Positions 1 through 9,672 of a stretch of 64,000 bases of DNA are shown piece by piece; the first letter of the stretch is position 1, and each line of letters opens with the position of its first letter. Location: the NCBI GenBank assembly GCA_963752595.1, contig CAVVYZ010000015.1, forward strand, positions 96,001-160,000. Reading direction: 5' to 3'. Source of the DNA: an uncultured delta proteobacterium. Lineage in GTDB: Bacteria > Desulfobacterota > Desulfomonilia > UBA1062. The notes beneath the pieces are model-generated. The model was given only the letters and a program-made list of their open reading frames with translations. It was not told the origin of the DNA and did no database searches. The translations under genes and the position numbers were made by a program.

Positions 1-2
1 AA

Positions 3-2015
3 ATAGGGTTAGGCGAGCGTCCCGTAGTGCCGAGGGATATTGCGCTGATCGTCAGGGAAAACAGCCAGGGAAGGCTCCTGAAGGACGTCCTCACCTTCTG
101 CGGCATACCCTGCGTGATCTACAGCGACGAGAATATCTTCGACAGCAACGAAGCCGTCGAGATGGAGCTGCTGCTCAAGGCCGTTTCCGAGCCCTATTCC
201 GAATCGTGTATGCGTACGGCGCTCGCAGGCTCGCTGTTCAATCTCGATGCGCTCGAGCTGGATTCGCTTTCCCACGACGAGCAGAAGCTGGAGAGGTGGA
301 TCGAGAAGTTCAGGGGCTACCACGATCTCTGGGCCGGCAGCGGTTTCGTGAGGATGTTCAGGAAGCTCATGACCGAGGAGGGCGTCAGCGCCCGCCTGCT
401 GAACCTTCCCCGGGGCGAGCGCATGCTCACGAATTTCCTTCATCTCCAGGAAGTGCTGGGCGAGGCGTCCATGGAGGAGAAGTTCGGGATGCGGGGGCTC
501 CTGAAGTGGCTGTCACAGCAGCGGGACCCGGCAATGCCGAGGCAGGAAGAACATCAGCTCAGGCTCGAAAGCGACGAGGATGCGGTGAAGATCATCACAG
601 TGCACAAGAGCAAGGGCCTCGAGTTCCCCATTGTGTTCTGTCCGTTCCTCTGGGGCTCTTCGGACTTGCGGGATAAGGCGAATATCCCGTTCCATGATGC
701 CGAGCACGGGTACAAGGCATTCCTCGACGTGGGCTCCGAGAAGATCGACGAGCACCGGATGTGTGCAGAAAAAGAGCTCCTGGCAGAAAACATGAGGCTC
801 GTCTACGTGGCGCTGACCAGGGCCAGAAACCGCTGCTATCTCGTGTGGGGAAGGTTCAACAAGGGAGAATCCTCGGCCCTGTCGTATCTCTTCCGTCAGC
901 AGGGAAAACCGGAAAACAGGGGCAGTGAAGGGGATGGTGAAACCGCCCATACGGACGATCATTCGATGCGCCACGACCTGGAGCTCATGTGCAATGTCCC
1001 TGAGACGGGAATCCTCATCCGGGATCTCCCCGGCATGGGCAGGCTCCCGGATCGCTATGAGCGCACCGGGATGGAGGGAGTACGGATCTCCTGCCGCGAC
1101 CTCTCCCGGGAGATCGACAGGTCATGGAGGGTGGCGAGCTTTTCCTCCATGATCTCAGGCACCCACCTCATCGAGGAGGCGGACCGGGATTCCCTCCCGC
1201 AGATTGCGGAGATCAAGGATCCCGGAGGAGAGGAGGGCATGGGGGACATCTTCAGCTTTCCCAGGGGAGCTCGTGCCGGCACCATGATCCATGAGATATT
1301 CGAGCTGATCGACTTTCAGGCGGATGACGGGGCCGTCAGGTCTCTGGTTGCAAAAGCACTCGAACTCCACGGGTTTGACCTCTCGTGGCGGGATGTGCTC
1401 GCTGAAATGGTCAGGAAGGTCCTCACGGTGCAAATAGGGGACTTCCACCTTTCCGACATCAAAAACGCCGAAGCGCTCAGAGAGCTCGAATTCTACCTTC
1501 CTGCAAAAAAGATATCCCCGCACATCATCAGAGAGGCCTTTGAGACCTACGGCAAGGAGACTGTCTCCCCGGGATTTACCGGCATGATCGAAGGGCTGAC
1601 GTTCGAGGAGTCCACCGGTTATTTAAGGGGTTTCATAGACCTGGTTTTTTCAAGAAACGGGAGATACTATCTCGTTGACTGGAAATCCAACCACCTCGGC
1701 AGCAGCCCGGAAGACTACACGCAGCAGGCGCTCCATGGAGCTATGGAGAAGAACTATTACGTTCTCCAGTATCATATCTACACCTTAGCGCTGCATCATT
1801 ATCTGAAACAAAGAATCAAAGACTATTCCTATGCCCGCCATTTCGGGGGTATCATCTATATGTTCATCAGGGGAGTGGACCCGGAGAAGGGGCCTGATTA
1901 CGGGATCTATCGGAAGCTTCCTTCCGAAGGGCTCATCGAATATTTCAGTGGCATGCTTGCACGGACAGGGGAAGACCGGAGGAGAGACACAGGGCATGAA
2001 ATTGCTTTTGAATGA
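3..2015 (+). CDS. recB: Exodeoxyribonuclease V subunit beta (RecB), 5'-partial
   Basis: Frame is open from the window edge. SF1A helicase motifs TVHKSKGLEF and YVALTRA; C-terminal PD-(D/E)xK nuclease GFIDLVF...DWKSN...QY; directly followed by recD. Confidence 0.95.
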   Translation: MGLGERPVVPRDIALIVRENSQGRLLKDVLTFCGIPCVIYSDENIFDSNEAVEMELLLKAVSEPYSESCMRTALAGSLFNLDALELDSLSHDEQKLERWIEKFRGYHDLWAGSGFVRMFRKLMTEEGVSARLLNLPRGERMLTNFLHLQEVLGEASMEEKFGMRGLLKWLSQQRDPAMPRQEEHQLRLESDEDAVKIITVHKSKGLEFPIVFCPFLWGSSDLRDKANIPFHDAEHGYKAFLDVGSEKIDEHRMCAEKELLAENMRLVYVALTRARNRCYLVWGRFNKGESSALSYLFRQQGKPENRGSEGDGETAHTDDHSMRHDLELMCNVPETGILIRDLPGMGRLPDRYERTGMEGVRISCRDLSREIDRSWRVASFSSMISGTHLIEEADRDSLPQIAEIKDPGGEEGMGDIFSFPRGARAGTMIHEIFELIDFQADDGAVRSLVAKALELHGFDLSWRDVLAEMVRKVLTVQIGDFHLSDIKNAEALRELEFYLPAKKISPHIIREAFETYGKETVSPGFTGMIEGLTFEESTGYLRGFIDLVFSRNGRYYLVDWKSNHLGSSPEDYTQQALHGAMEKNYYVLQYHIYTLALHHYLKQRIKDYSYARHFGGIIYMFIRGVDPEKGPDYGIYRKLPSEGLIEYFSGMLARTGEDRRRDTGHEIAFE

Positions 2016-3855
2016 AGAAGGGCCGGGCTTCAGAAAAACACATACCCATGACTCGATGCCGGAATTTTTTTCCGATATCGACCTCCATTTTGCCTGCCTC
2101 ATGCAGCAGCTCTCGGGATCGCAGAGCCCGGAGATAATGGCCGCATCGGCCCTGGCGAGCAGATATACCCGGCAGGGCCACATCTGCATCGACCTGAACT
2201 CCTACGCAGGCCGCAGCCTGTGTGAAGGGGGCCTTCCGGGGCTGAGCCTCCAATGCCCGCCGCTTCAGGAGTGGCGGAATATTCTCGCTACCTCTCCTGT
2301 GGTAGGCTCACCCGGCGAATACAAGCCCATGATCCTCGACGGCAAATCACGCCTGTATCTCTGGCGATACTGGAATTATGAATTCCAGCTCGCCCATGCA
2401 CTGCTCGGCATGGGAGGGCAGGAGATGCCCTGCGATGTTTCCTTCATCAGGGCCATCATGCCGCGGTATTTCCCTGAAGCAGAGGCCAAGGGAAAGATCA
2501 ACCGGCAGAAGGTCGCGGTGCTCGTTGCCCTCAAAGGCTGTTTGAGCATCATAACGGGCGGCCCCGGAACCGGCAAGACGACCGTGGTGTCCAGGGCCCT
2601 TGCCATGCTTTCCACACAGAACCCGAAGCTTAAAGTTGCGCTGGCTGCGCCCACCGGGAAGGCAGCGCAGAGGCTGGAGGAGTCTCTCGGGAAGACGTTC
2701 CGGTCGCTCGACGCCTCGGGCGAGAGCCTTATGGACATGTGCTTCAGGGCCTCGACGATCCACCGCCTCCTGGGCATGGTGCCTGGAAGGGCACGTGCAA
2801 TGTTCTCGCACACCAACCCTCTGCCGTATGACGTGGTCGTGGTGGATGAGGCCTCCATGACCCCGTTGAGCCTCATTGCACGGCTCGTCCGGGCATTGAA
2901 GCCCGGCACCAGGCTGATCCTCGTGGGCGACAGAAACCAGCTCGCATCCGTGGAGCCAGGCCACGTGCTCGGCGATATCTGCGATACAGGCAGCGGAGGC
3001 GAGTATTCGGAGAAGACCTGCTCTCTGGTGCGGGAGGCTCTCGGCTATGAGCTGACCCCCGCAAAGACACATGGTGTGACCGACTGCATCGTGGAGCTTA
3101 AAGACACGTACCGGTTCAGCGAAGACAGCGGGATCAAGAGACTCGGCGAGGCGGTCCGGGCAGGGGATGGAGATCGTTGCCTCGATATGGTGCGGAACTC
3201 GGGTTTCAGCGATGTTTTTGTCCGTGATGTCCGCGGCGAGGGATCGCTCTCTCCGCACTTAAGCCCTTCGGTGATCGAGGGGTATTATCCCTATCTCCAG
3301 TCATCAAGCCCTGATGAGCGGTTCACGCGCTTCGGCCGGTTCAGGGTCTTGTGCGGCTTGAGGGAAGGCCCCTTCGGAGTGGTAACCGTGAACCGTCTCA
3401 TTGAAAAGATCCTGAACGAAAAGGGTCTTATCCGGCCGGACCGGCAATATTACCATGGGCGGCCGGTTCTCATCACTGCCAATGATTATGCGCTTCGGCT
3501 CTTCAACGGCGATATCGGGATCATCCTCCGAGATGACGAAGAAGGTGATCTGAAATGCTTTTTCCAGGGGCCGGGCGGGCAGATGCGCAGGATCTCATGC
3601 CTGAGGCTTCCGGCACATGAAACGGCCTATGCCATGACCGTGCACAAAAGCCAGGGTTCCGAGTTCGATAAGGTCGTACTCCTCCTGCCGCAGAAGGACT
3701 CGCCCGTGCTCACCAGGGAACTCATCTATACCGGGATTACAAGGGCCAGGGAGCGTCTCGATCTCTGGACCACGCCGGAAGTATTTTCTGCTGCGGTACA
3801 GCGGCGCACCGAGCGGACATCAGGCCTCTACGATCTGCTCATGGAGCAGGAGTGA
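1996..3855 (+). CDS. recD: Exodeoxyribonuclease V subunit alpha (RecD)
   Basis: Walker A GGPGTGKTT, APTGKAA, VDEASM, GDRNQL, TVHKSQGSEF, YTGITRAR. Start placed at ATG 1996 (GGAGA upstream, overlaps the recB end) instead of the ORF-track start 1831. Confidence 0.93.
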   Translation: MKLLLNEEGPGFRKTHTHDSMPEFFSDIDLHFACLMQQLSGSQSPEIMAASALASRYTRQGHICIDLNSYAGRSLCEGGLPGLSLQCPPLQEWRNILATSPVVGSPGEYKPMILDGKSRLYLWRYWNYEFQLAHALLGMGGQEMPCDVSFIRAIMPRYFPEAEAKGKINRQKVAVLVALKGCLSIITGGPGTGKTTVVSRALAMLSTQNPKLKVALAAPTGKAAQRLEESLGKTFRSLDASGESLMDMCFRASTIHRLLGMVPGRARAMFSHTNPLPYDVVVVDEASMTPLSLIARLVRALKPGTRLILVGDRNQLASVEPGHVLGDICDTGSGGEYSEKTCSLVREALGYELTPAKTHGVTDCIVELKDTYRFSEDSGIKRLGEAVRAGDGDRCLDMVRNSGFSDVFVRDVRGEGSLSPHLSPSVIEGYYPYLQSSSPDERFTRFGRFRVLCGLREGPFGVVTVNRLIEKILNEKGLIRPDRQYYHGRPVLITANDYALRLFNGDIGIILRDDEEGDLKCFFQGPGGQMRRISCLRLPAHETAYAMTVHKSQGSEFDKVVLLLPQKDSPVLTRELIYTGITRARERLDLWTTPEVFSAAVQRRTERTSGLYDLLMEQE

Positions 3856-4045
3856 GGATGGCCTTGACGGGCGGCTCCCGGAGGGTTTACAAGATAATGC
3901 TATCAAGACGGAACTTGAGAACGACGTTAAAGCTTACACATCATGGGCAGATCAGCGAAGAGAGTTCCGGAAACATAAAAGTGTTTTTCCGTGCTGCGGC
4001 TTCCCCCTCTCTGTCGCTGTACCTGGCCCGCAAGAGGATGCTCCC

Positions 4046-5025
4046 ATGCCGGAAAAGCAGACCTATAAAGAATTAGAGCAGCGATGCATCGAGATTTCCG
4101 GGCTGAACGAGCAGCTGAAAATTGCTCTTGATAAGAGCGAGGCCCGGTTCAAGTCGCTCTTCGAGCAGTCGTCCGATGCATTCTACATCCATGACCTCCA
4201 GGGGAAGTTTCTCGATGCGAGCCTCCCTGCACTGCGCATGCTGGGGTACAGTAAAGATGAGCTTTCTTCACTGAATTTCTATTCCATTCTCCATAAGGAT
4301 CATCTTTCTCTTGCCGGACAGTGTATGAAAAAACTCTTCGAGACAGGAATTCAAAGAGAGCCTGCCGAGTTCATGATGAAAAAAAAGACGGCGGGTTCGT
4401 CTGGGTGGAGACGAATGCGTCCATGATATTTCATGATAACACCCCGGTGGCTGTCCAGGGTATTGCCCGCGATATCACGGAGCGCAAGCTCGTCGAGGAC
4501 ATCCTGAGAGAGAGCGAGGAGCGCTACCGCACGATTTTCGAGAATTCCGGCACGGCAAAGATCATTGCCGACGACACCTCCACCATCCTCCTTGCCAATA
4601 CGAGGTTCGAGAGGCTCTCCGGGTATTCAAGAAACGAGCTGGAGAAGGTCAGAAGCTGGACGGATTTCATCATGGAAGAAGACTTGATTCGTATGAAAGC
4701 CTACAATGAAACGAGGCTCGACGATCCGTCTGCCGTTCCCAAGCAGTATGAATTCAGGTTCAAGGACAGGCAGGGGCAGGTGCGGGACATTTTCCTGAAT
4801 GTCGATGTGATACCCGGCAAGAAGCAGATCGTCGCTTCATGCCTCGACATCACCGACCGCAAGCGCATGGAAGACGCGGTTCGAACCAGCGAGGATAAAT
4901 ACCGGAATATCCTCGAAAGCATACAGGAGGCTTTTTTCGAAACCGACCTGTTCGGCCTTGGCATCTGCGTTCATAGGCAGCCGCTGAATCTGCCGGGAAT
5001 AAATGGAGACGAGACGGCCCATTGA
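4046..5025 (+). pseudogene. Multi-PAS sensor protein, split by a frameshift at the A8 run (4379-4386) and truncated inside a third PAS domain
   Basis: ORFs 4046..4426 and 4321..5025 join as MMKKK-DGGFVWVE if one base is restored. PAS/PAC motifs ARDITERK and CLDITDRK. Collinear with the N-terminus of the 13261 kinase but has no kinase domain. Confidence 0.75.
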
Positions 5026-5058
5026 GACAGGCCGTCATATCGGGAATAATGTGGGTCT

Positions 5059-5370
5059 TTAAACAGCTACTACCGAGTTGTCGGTGTCTCCGTAGGGTGA
5101 TCGGACATACCTGTCGGCGCTGTCGTCATTCTCCCAGATATGGCCGTTCAGAAGATACTTGAAATGGTATTCCTGATCCTTGCCAAGGTTGAGCGTGAGG
5201 TCAAATGCCCCATCCTTACGGCGTTTCATGAGGTTTGCTTCCGGATTCCAGCCATTAAAATCGCCGACGAGGGAAACATTCTCAGCCGACATGGCCATAT
5301 CCTTTGGAAGAGTGAACGTCACTTTGCAAACTGATTTGTTCTTAAGATATTGTTTTTTGATACTCATCAT
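5059..5370 (-). CDS. Stand-alone CBM48 / isoamylase early-set domain protein
   Basis: KVTF...VSLVGDFNGW...YHFKYLLNG.W.ND...PYG..NSV pattern; AGGAGG RBS; downstream of glgX. Confidence 0.88.
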   Translation of the reverse strand: MMSIKKQYLKNKSVCKVTFTLPKDMAMSAENVSLVGDFNGWNPEANLMKRRKDGAFDLTLNLGKDQEYHFKYLLNGHIWENDDSADRYVRSPYGDTDNSVVAV

Positions 5371-5537
5371 TTCCTCCTAAGCTCCCTTTCCCAAAAACAT
5401 CAGCCCTGCTTAAAATCACGGATACAGCTATTCTTAATAAATATCATGTATTGGTTTCGAGTCAATACCCCCGTTGGCGACAATGAGGAAAAATAACTTT
5501 TCAATAGTGCTTTTCTGCAAGGAAAGAGCGCTTTCTT

Positions 5538-7604
5538 TCATAGAAGCGAAACGAGGATCACAGCAGATCGCCCGGTAACCCGGTACCGGCTCTGCCCGAT
5601 AATGGGGGCTTTCTTGGGCGCTCTATAATCCTCTCCTTCGGGAAGAGAGGTATCGATGACGCAGCGCCAGACGCGTCCGGAACGTAGATGAGGCAGTTCA
5701 AAAGAGAGCGGCTCCCAATAGGCATTGAGCATGATAAAGACGTGCTCTCCGGTACTGCGGTCCTCAAGCTCCAGCGCTATGCTGTGTGAATGCTTTCCGA
5801 AATCGGGCTCTTTGAGATGCACGCCGTGCCAGGTGATCGTTGCGCCTGTATGACTGCGGTTTGGCGATGAAAGGTGCTTCTGATGAAAGACCGTCATAGA
5901 GCTGGTGAATTCGATAAGGCCTCTCACAAATCGGAGCAGACCCTCATTTTTTGTAACCAGGTCCCAGTCAAACCAGCTCAGTCCACTGTCCTGGCAATAG
6001 GCGTTGTTGTTGCCTCCCTGCGTCCGCCTCACCTCGTCGCCCATCAGGATCATGGGCGTCCCCTGGGAAATGAGCAGGATGGTGAAGAAATTCTTGATCT
6101 GCCTGATGCGCAACCGATCAACAGCACTGTCCTTCGCGGGCCCCTCGAAGCCGCAGTTCCAGCTGTGGTTATGATCGTAGCCGTCGAGATTCTCTTCGAG
6201 GTTTGCCTTGTTATGCTTGGCGTTGTAGGAAACGAGGTCGTTTAGGGTAAACCCGTCGTGGCAGGTGATGAAGTTGATGCTCCTGTTGATATCGCGTTCG
6301 GGCAGCGGATAGATATCCGGGCTCCCGAGGATTCTATTCGAAAGTTTGTAGGCTGTGTCGGTGTCTCCCTTGAGGAATGACCGGACATCATCCCGGAAGT
6401 GGCTGTTCCACTCGGCAAACCTGTCTCCGATGAACGACCCCACCTGGTAGAGGCCGGCCGCATCCCATGCCTCGGCAATGATCTTCGTCCCTGCAAGGAC
6501 CGGATCCGATTCTATGGACCAGAGGATAGGGGGCTTTTCCATAGGCTCGCCGAGCTCGCCCCGAGACATGCTGGAAGCGAGATCGAAACGGAACCCGTCC
6601 ACATGCATCTGGGTAATCCAGTAGCGGAGGCATTCGAGGATCATTTTCCGTATGATGGAGTAATTGGAGTTTACGGAGTTCCCGCACCCGGAATAATTCT
6701 CGTAGCGCTGTTTCTGGAGGTTATATATGTAGTATGCCGGGTTCTCGATACCCCGAAACGAGAAAGTGGGACCGTCATGGCCTGCTTCTGCAGTGTGGTT
6801 GAAGACCACGTCCATGATAACCTCGATCCCTGCCCGGTGGAGAGCTTTGACCATATCCCTGAATTCATTCATCGAACCTACGGGATCCTTGCATGAGCTG
6901 TATCCGCAGTGGGGTGCAAAGAATGCCATGGGGCTGTATCCCCAGTAATTCTTCAGAGGGTACCTGGCATCCTGCTCGTCGAACTGCTGGACAGGCATCA
7001 GCTCGACAGCAGTGACCTGCAGGCTTTTCAGGTAATCGATCTTTTCAACGAGGCCGGCATAGGTGCCCCGTTTGCTTTCCTGTAGCCCTGAAGAAGGATG
7101 GCGGGTGAATCCTCCGACATGGAGCTCATAGATTATGGTTGAAGAGAACGGAGTCATCAGCGGTTCATCATCTTCCCAGTCGTACAACGACGGATCAATA
7201 ATCACTGATTTGGGTGCCCAGGCACAGTTGTCACCCGGTCTGCATGCACGAGACCGGTCGTAGTTCTTGCCGAGAGAAACTGCCTTTGCATAGGGATCAA
7301 GCAGAAGCTTGTGCCCGTCGAAGAAAAGACCCCGCGAAGGATCATACGGCCCATAGACCCGGTAGCCATACAGCTGGCCGGGATTGAGACTGCAGACAAA
7401 CACATGCCAGTAATAGAACGTTCTGTTCCGTAGAGGGTCGAGGCGGATTACACGTGAGGGTATGCCGTCATCCGGGTCGTCGAACAGGAGGAGCTCTACG
7501 GCAACACAGCTTTTGGAAAAGAGAGAAAAGTTCACCCCTTCGGGATATACCGTTGCTCCGAGCGGGTAGCTCTTTCCCTTACGTACATCCTCTTTTACAG
7601 CCAT
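5538..7604 (-). CDS. glgX: Glycogen debranching enzyme GlgX (GH13 isoamylase)
   Basis: YPLGAT, LLDPYAK, NYWGY, DVVFNH, DGFRFDLA, IAEAWD, INFITCHDGFTL, GNNNAYCQD. Start placed at ATG 7604 (ORF track extends to 7664). Confidence 0.95.
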   Translation of the reverse strand: MAVKEDVRKGKSYPLGATVYPEGVNFSLFSKSCVAVELLLFDDPDDGIPSRVIRLDPLRNRTFYYWHVFVCSLNPGQLYGYRVYGPYDPSRGLFFDGHKLLLDPYAKAVSLGKNYDRSRACRPGDNCAWAPKSVIIDPSLYDWEDDEPLMTPFSSTIIYELHVGGFTRHPSSGLQESKRGTYAGLVEKIDYLKSLQVTAVELMPVQQFDEQDARYPLKNYWGYSPMAFFAPHCGYSSCKDPVGSMNEFRDMVKALHRAGIEVIMDVVFNHTAEAGHDGPTFSFRGIENPAYYIYNLQKQRYENYSGCGNSVNSNYSIIRKMILECLRYWITQMHVDGFRFDLASSMSRGELGEPMEKPPILWSIESDPVLAGTKIIAEAWDAAGLYQVGSFIGDRFAEWNSHFRDDVRSFLKGDTDTAYKLSNRILGSPDIYPLPERDINRSINFITCHDGFTLNDLVSYNAKHNKANLEENLDGYDHNHSWNCGFEGPAKDSAVDRLRIRQIKNFFTILLISQGTPMILMGDEVRRTQGGNNNAYCQDSGLSWFDWDLVTKNEGLLRFVRGLIEFTSSMTVFHQKHLSSPNRSHTGATITWHGVHLKEPDFGKHSHSIALELEDRSTGEHVFIMLNAYWEPLSFELPHLRSGRVWRCVIDTSLPEGEDYRAPKKAPIIGQSRYRVTGRSAVILVSLL

Positions 7605-7775
7605 ATCCTGGTATCGCCTTTCTCGTAAACCATATGCAACGGGGCTGCATAGCGATTGGGACATCCCGCATCTCTAAGCGCAGGAACAGAAGGTACCATA
7701 TACGGTAGGGGATTGTCAGCTTCATAGTGAAGGCTGCTTGATCATGAGGGATTCCGCTTCACGGTAAGGGCTGTT

Positions 7776-7823
7776 AAAAAGGGGCCGCCCGGGAATCGTA
7801 TATATCCCCTGACGACCCCCTTT
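7776..7823 (-). terminator. Probable rho-independent terminator of the PEP-CTERM gene
   Basis: Minus strand GGGGTCGTCAGGGGA...TTCCCGGGCGGCCCC hairpin (G-U pairs on this strand) followed by TTTTT. Confidence 0.6.
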
Positions 7824-7860
7824 GGAATGAGAAGAGGAGGGTTAAAGTATCTTTAAGATA

Positions 7861-8526
7861 TCATTCTATCGATATATATCTCCTATACATTCTCGTTAAT
7901 CCCAGGATGCCGCTGCCGAGTATGAGGAGCGTTGACGGCTCTGACACAGGGGCAGGCTCATGGGTATCGTAGACAATGCTGTCTATACACAGGTCATGAA
8001 GGAGAGGGAAATCACCGGTATCAGGACGTGAACAGGTCCCGCCGTTACCTGCCCAGAGGGCAAAATGATTTATCCCGGAAAAATTCAGGTTGAACTGAGT
8101 TACCTGGAAAACCGGATCTATAGTAAGGGCACTGAAATACTTGAGAAGATTGTTCTCCCATCCTGAAGCGTATACGTCTTGGCCGTAATACCAGTACGAC
8201 CCCACATGGAGACTTTGGATGTCGAAATTGCCGGTATCGTTGATCATCGAGAGTCCATTTGTATAAACATAGGTATATCCTACGCCTCCCATGTTTACAA
8301 TCCCTTCTGCCGAACCCCATGCCGGGTTGGCTGCCCTGGGATCACCCATCCTGTCGGTCGACCAATAGAAGCCATGGTAGCCGTCTTGAATCTCACCACT
8401 CAGATCAGCGGCACCCCCCCAGGGATCATACCGGGTGAGGTCTTCGAAATCTATGCAGCGCGTGTGTGAGAGTGTCGGAATAATAATGAAGATGAACAGT
8501 AATAAGAAAAGTAATCGAAGCCTCAT
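7861..8526 (-). CDS. PEP-CTERM sorting-domain exported protein
   Basis: N-terminal signal peptide; C-terminal PVSEPSTLLILGSGILGL plus basic tail RMYRR; AGGAGG RBS. Confidence 0.85.
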   Translation of the reverse strand: MRLRLLFLLLFIFIIIPTLSHTRCIDFEDLTRYDPWGGAADLSGEIQDGYHGFYWSTDRMGDPRAANPAWGSAEGIVNMGGVGYTYVYTNGLSMINDTGNFDIQSLHVGSYWYYGQDVYASGWENNLLKYFSALTIDPVFQVTQFNLNFSGINHFALWAGNGGTCSRPDTGDFPLLHDLCIDSIVYDTHEPAPVSEPSTLLILGSGILGLTRMYRRYISIE

Positions 8527-8634
8527 CTGACAACCTCCTGATTAAGATTTTCTCAGTGCTCATAAGGTTTTGTAGCGAAAAAACGAGTATGACTTGAACA
8601 ACGCTACACCTCCTCCGTAGTGCCGAGCCCACTA

Positions 8635-8651
8635 TGCAATACTCGTGCACA
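8635..8651 (-). promoter_or_regulatory. Near-consensus sigma54 (-24/-12) promoter upstream of the PEP-CTERM gene
   Basis: Minus strand TGTGCACGAGTATTGCA versus consensus TGGCACGnnnnTTGCW; the only defect is at the invariant GG. Confidence 0.35.
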
Positions 8652-9028
8652 TGAAGACCCGGCGGGGCGTTGCAGGATAATATGCAGTGTAACTATTTGT
8701 TTTGATGAAAATAATAAATCCTGTGCGCCGTTTCACTGATAACACATGAGAAATAACCAGTATTATAAAACAAGACCACATTCCGCCCGGGAAACGATGA
8801 AAGATAAAGGTTTGCCGCCGGATTCAATGAATGAAACAAGCACGTTAAAACAAGCATGATAAGATGATCAGAGGCCTGCACCGGCCGAATGCACAGTCTT
8901 GTCTTTGCAGAAAGGATTCCTCCCGGGCAGGATAAGTATTGCACTTCAAGACAGCTGCCGGAGGCGATATTTTCCAAGAAAAATGGAGTCGGCAGGAAAA
9001 AGGAAAGAATTCATCAGGAAACCAAAGG

Positions 9029-9044
9029 TGGTACGCTTCTTGTT
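9029..9044 (+). promoter_or_regulatory. Candidate sigma54 promoter for the cytochrome P460 operon
   Basis: TGGTACGCTTCTTGTT with correct -24/-12 spacing (GC at -12 is GT here), ~40 nt upstream of the GGAGGT-preceded start. Confidence 0.45.
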
Positions 9045-9082
9045 ACCCCGTAAATGGAACCATATGCCCGGGAGGTGAGGAC

Positions 9083-9586
9083 GTGACGATATTCAGAGCC
9101 GTTCTGCATACAGCTATGATATGCACGGGCCTCCTTTTCTTCAGCTGCACCTCCGCGCCGGATGTCTCATCCCTATGGCCGCCGCCGGAGCCGGATGAGT
9201 TCTGGAAATATATTGCCCGGACAAATGATTATACTCAGTGGAGGCACTGGCCCGGCTATGAAGAAAAATACCCCGGGACCACCCCCCGTGGGGCATGGGT
9301 TGAACTCTATGCCAATGATGCAGCCATCGAGGCCGTAAAGGCGGGAAAAGACATCATGCCGTACGGTGCAATCCTGGTGAAAGAGAATTATGCAAGAGAT
9401 AAAGAGACGCTGTTGTCGGTAACTCCCATGTACAAGGTAAGGGGCTACAACAGCAAAGCGAATGACTGGTTCTGGGCCGAGTACAGTCCGGAAGGAAAGC
9501 CCAGGGCTTGTGGAAGGGTGCAATCCTGTATCCGGTGCCATGAAGCTTCGGTACATGATTTCCGCTATACCAGGCCGAAGGGATAG
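9083..9586 (+). CDS. Cytochrome P460-family c-type cytochrome, predicted lipoprotein
   Basis: C-terminal CIRCH heme motif; P460-type segments VELYAN, MPYGAILVKENY, PMYK, DWFWAEY; lipobox-like LFFSC; GTG start at 9083 after GGAGGT. Confidence 0.85.
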   Translation: MTIFRAVLHTAMICTGLLFFSCTSAPDVSSLWPPPEPDEFWKYIARTNDYTQWRHWPGYEEKYPGTTPRGAWVELYANDAAIEAVKAGKDIMPYGAILVKENYARDKETLLSVTPMYKVRGYNSKANDWFWAEYSPEGKPRACGRVQSCIRCHEASVHDFRYTRPKG

Positions 9587-9672
9587 GCTCTTGGCTTTTA
9601 TGGAGATGCAGGGAATACAGGCCTTCTCTCATGCAGCAAGCAAGCCCCTCATTTTTATCATGAGGTGAATGT

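Noticed and set aside
1831-1995. N-terminal extension of recD in the ORF track
   Set aside because: Overlaps the recB nuclease domain in another frame; ATG 1996 has an RBS and RecD-like sequence starts after it.
1-3855. recB/recD as a defence-system helicase-nuclease
   Set aside because: Sequence and gene order match ordinary RecBCD, and no defence-type neighbours are present.
3852-4076. 74-aa ORF after recD
   Set aside because: No motif, and it overlaps the likely promoter region and start of the PAS gene.
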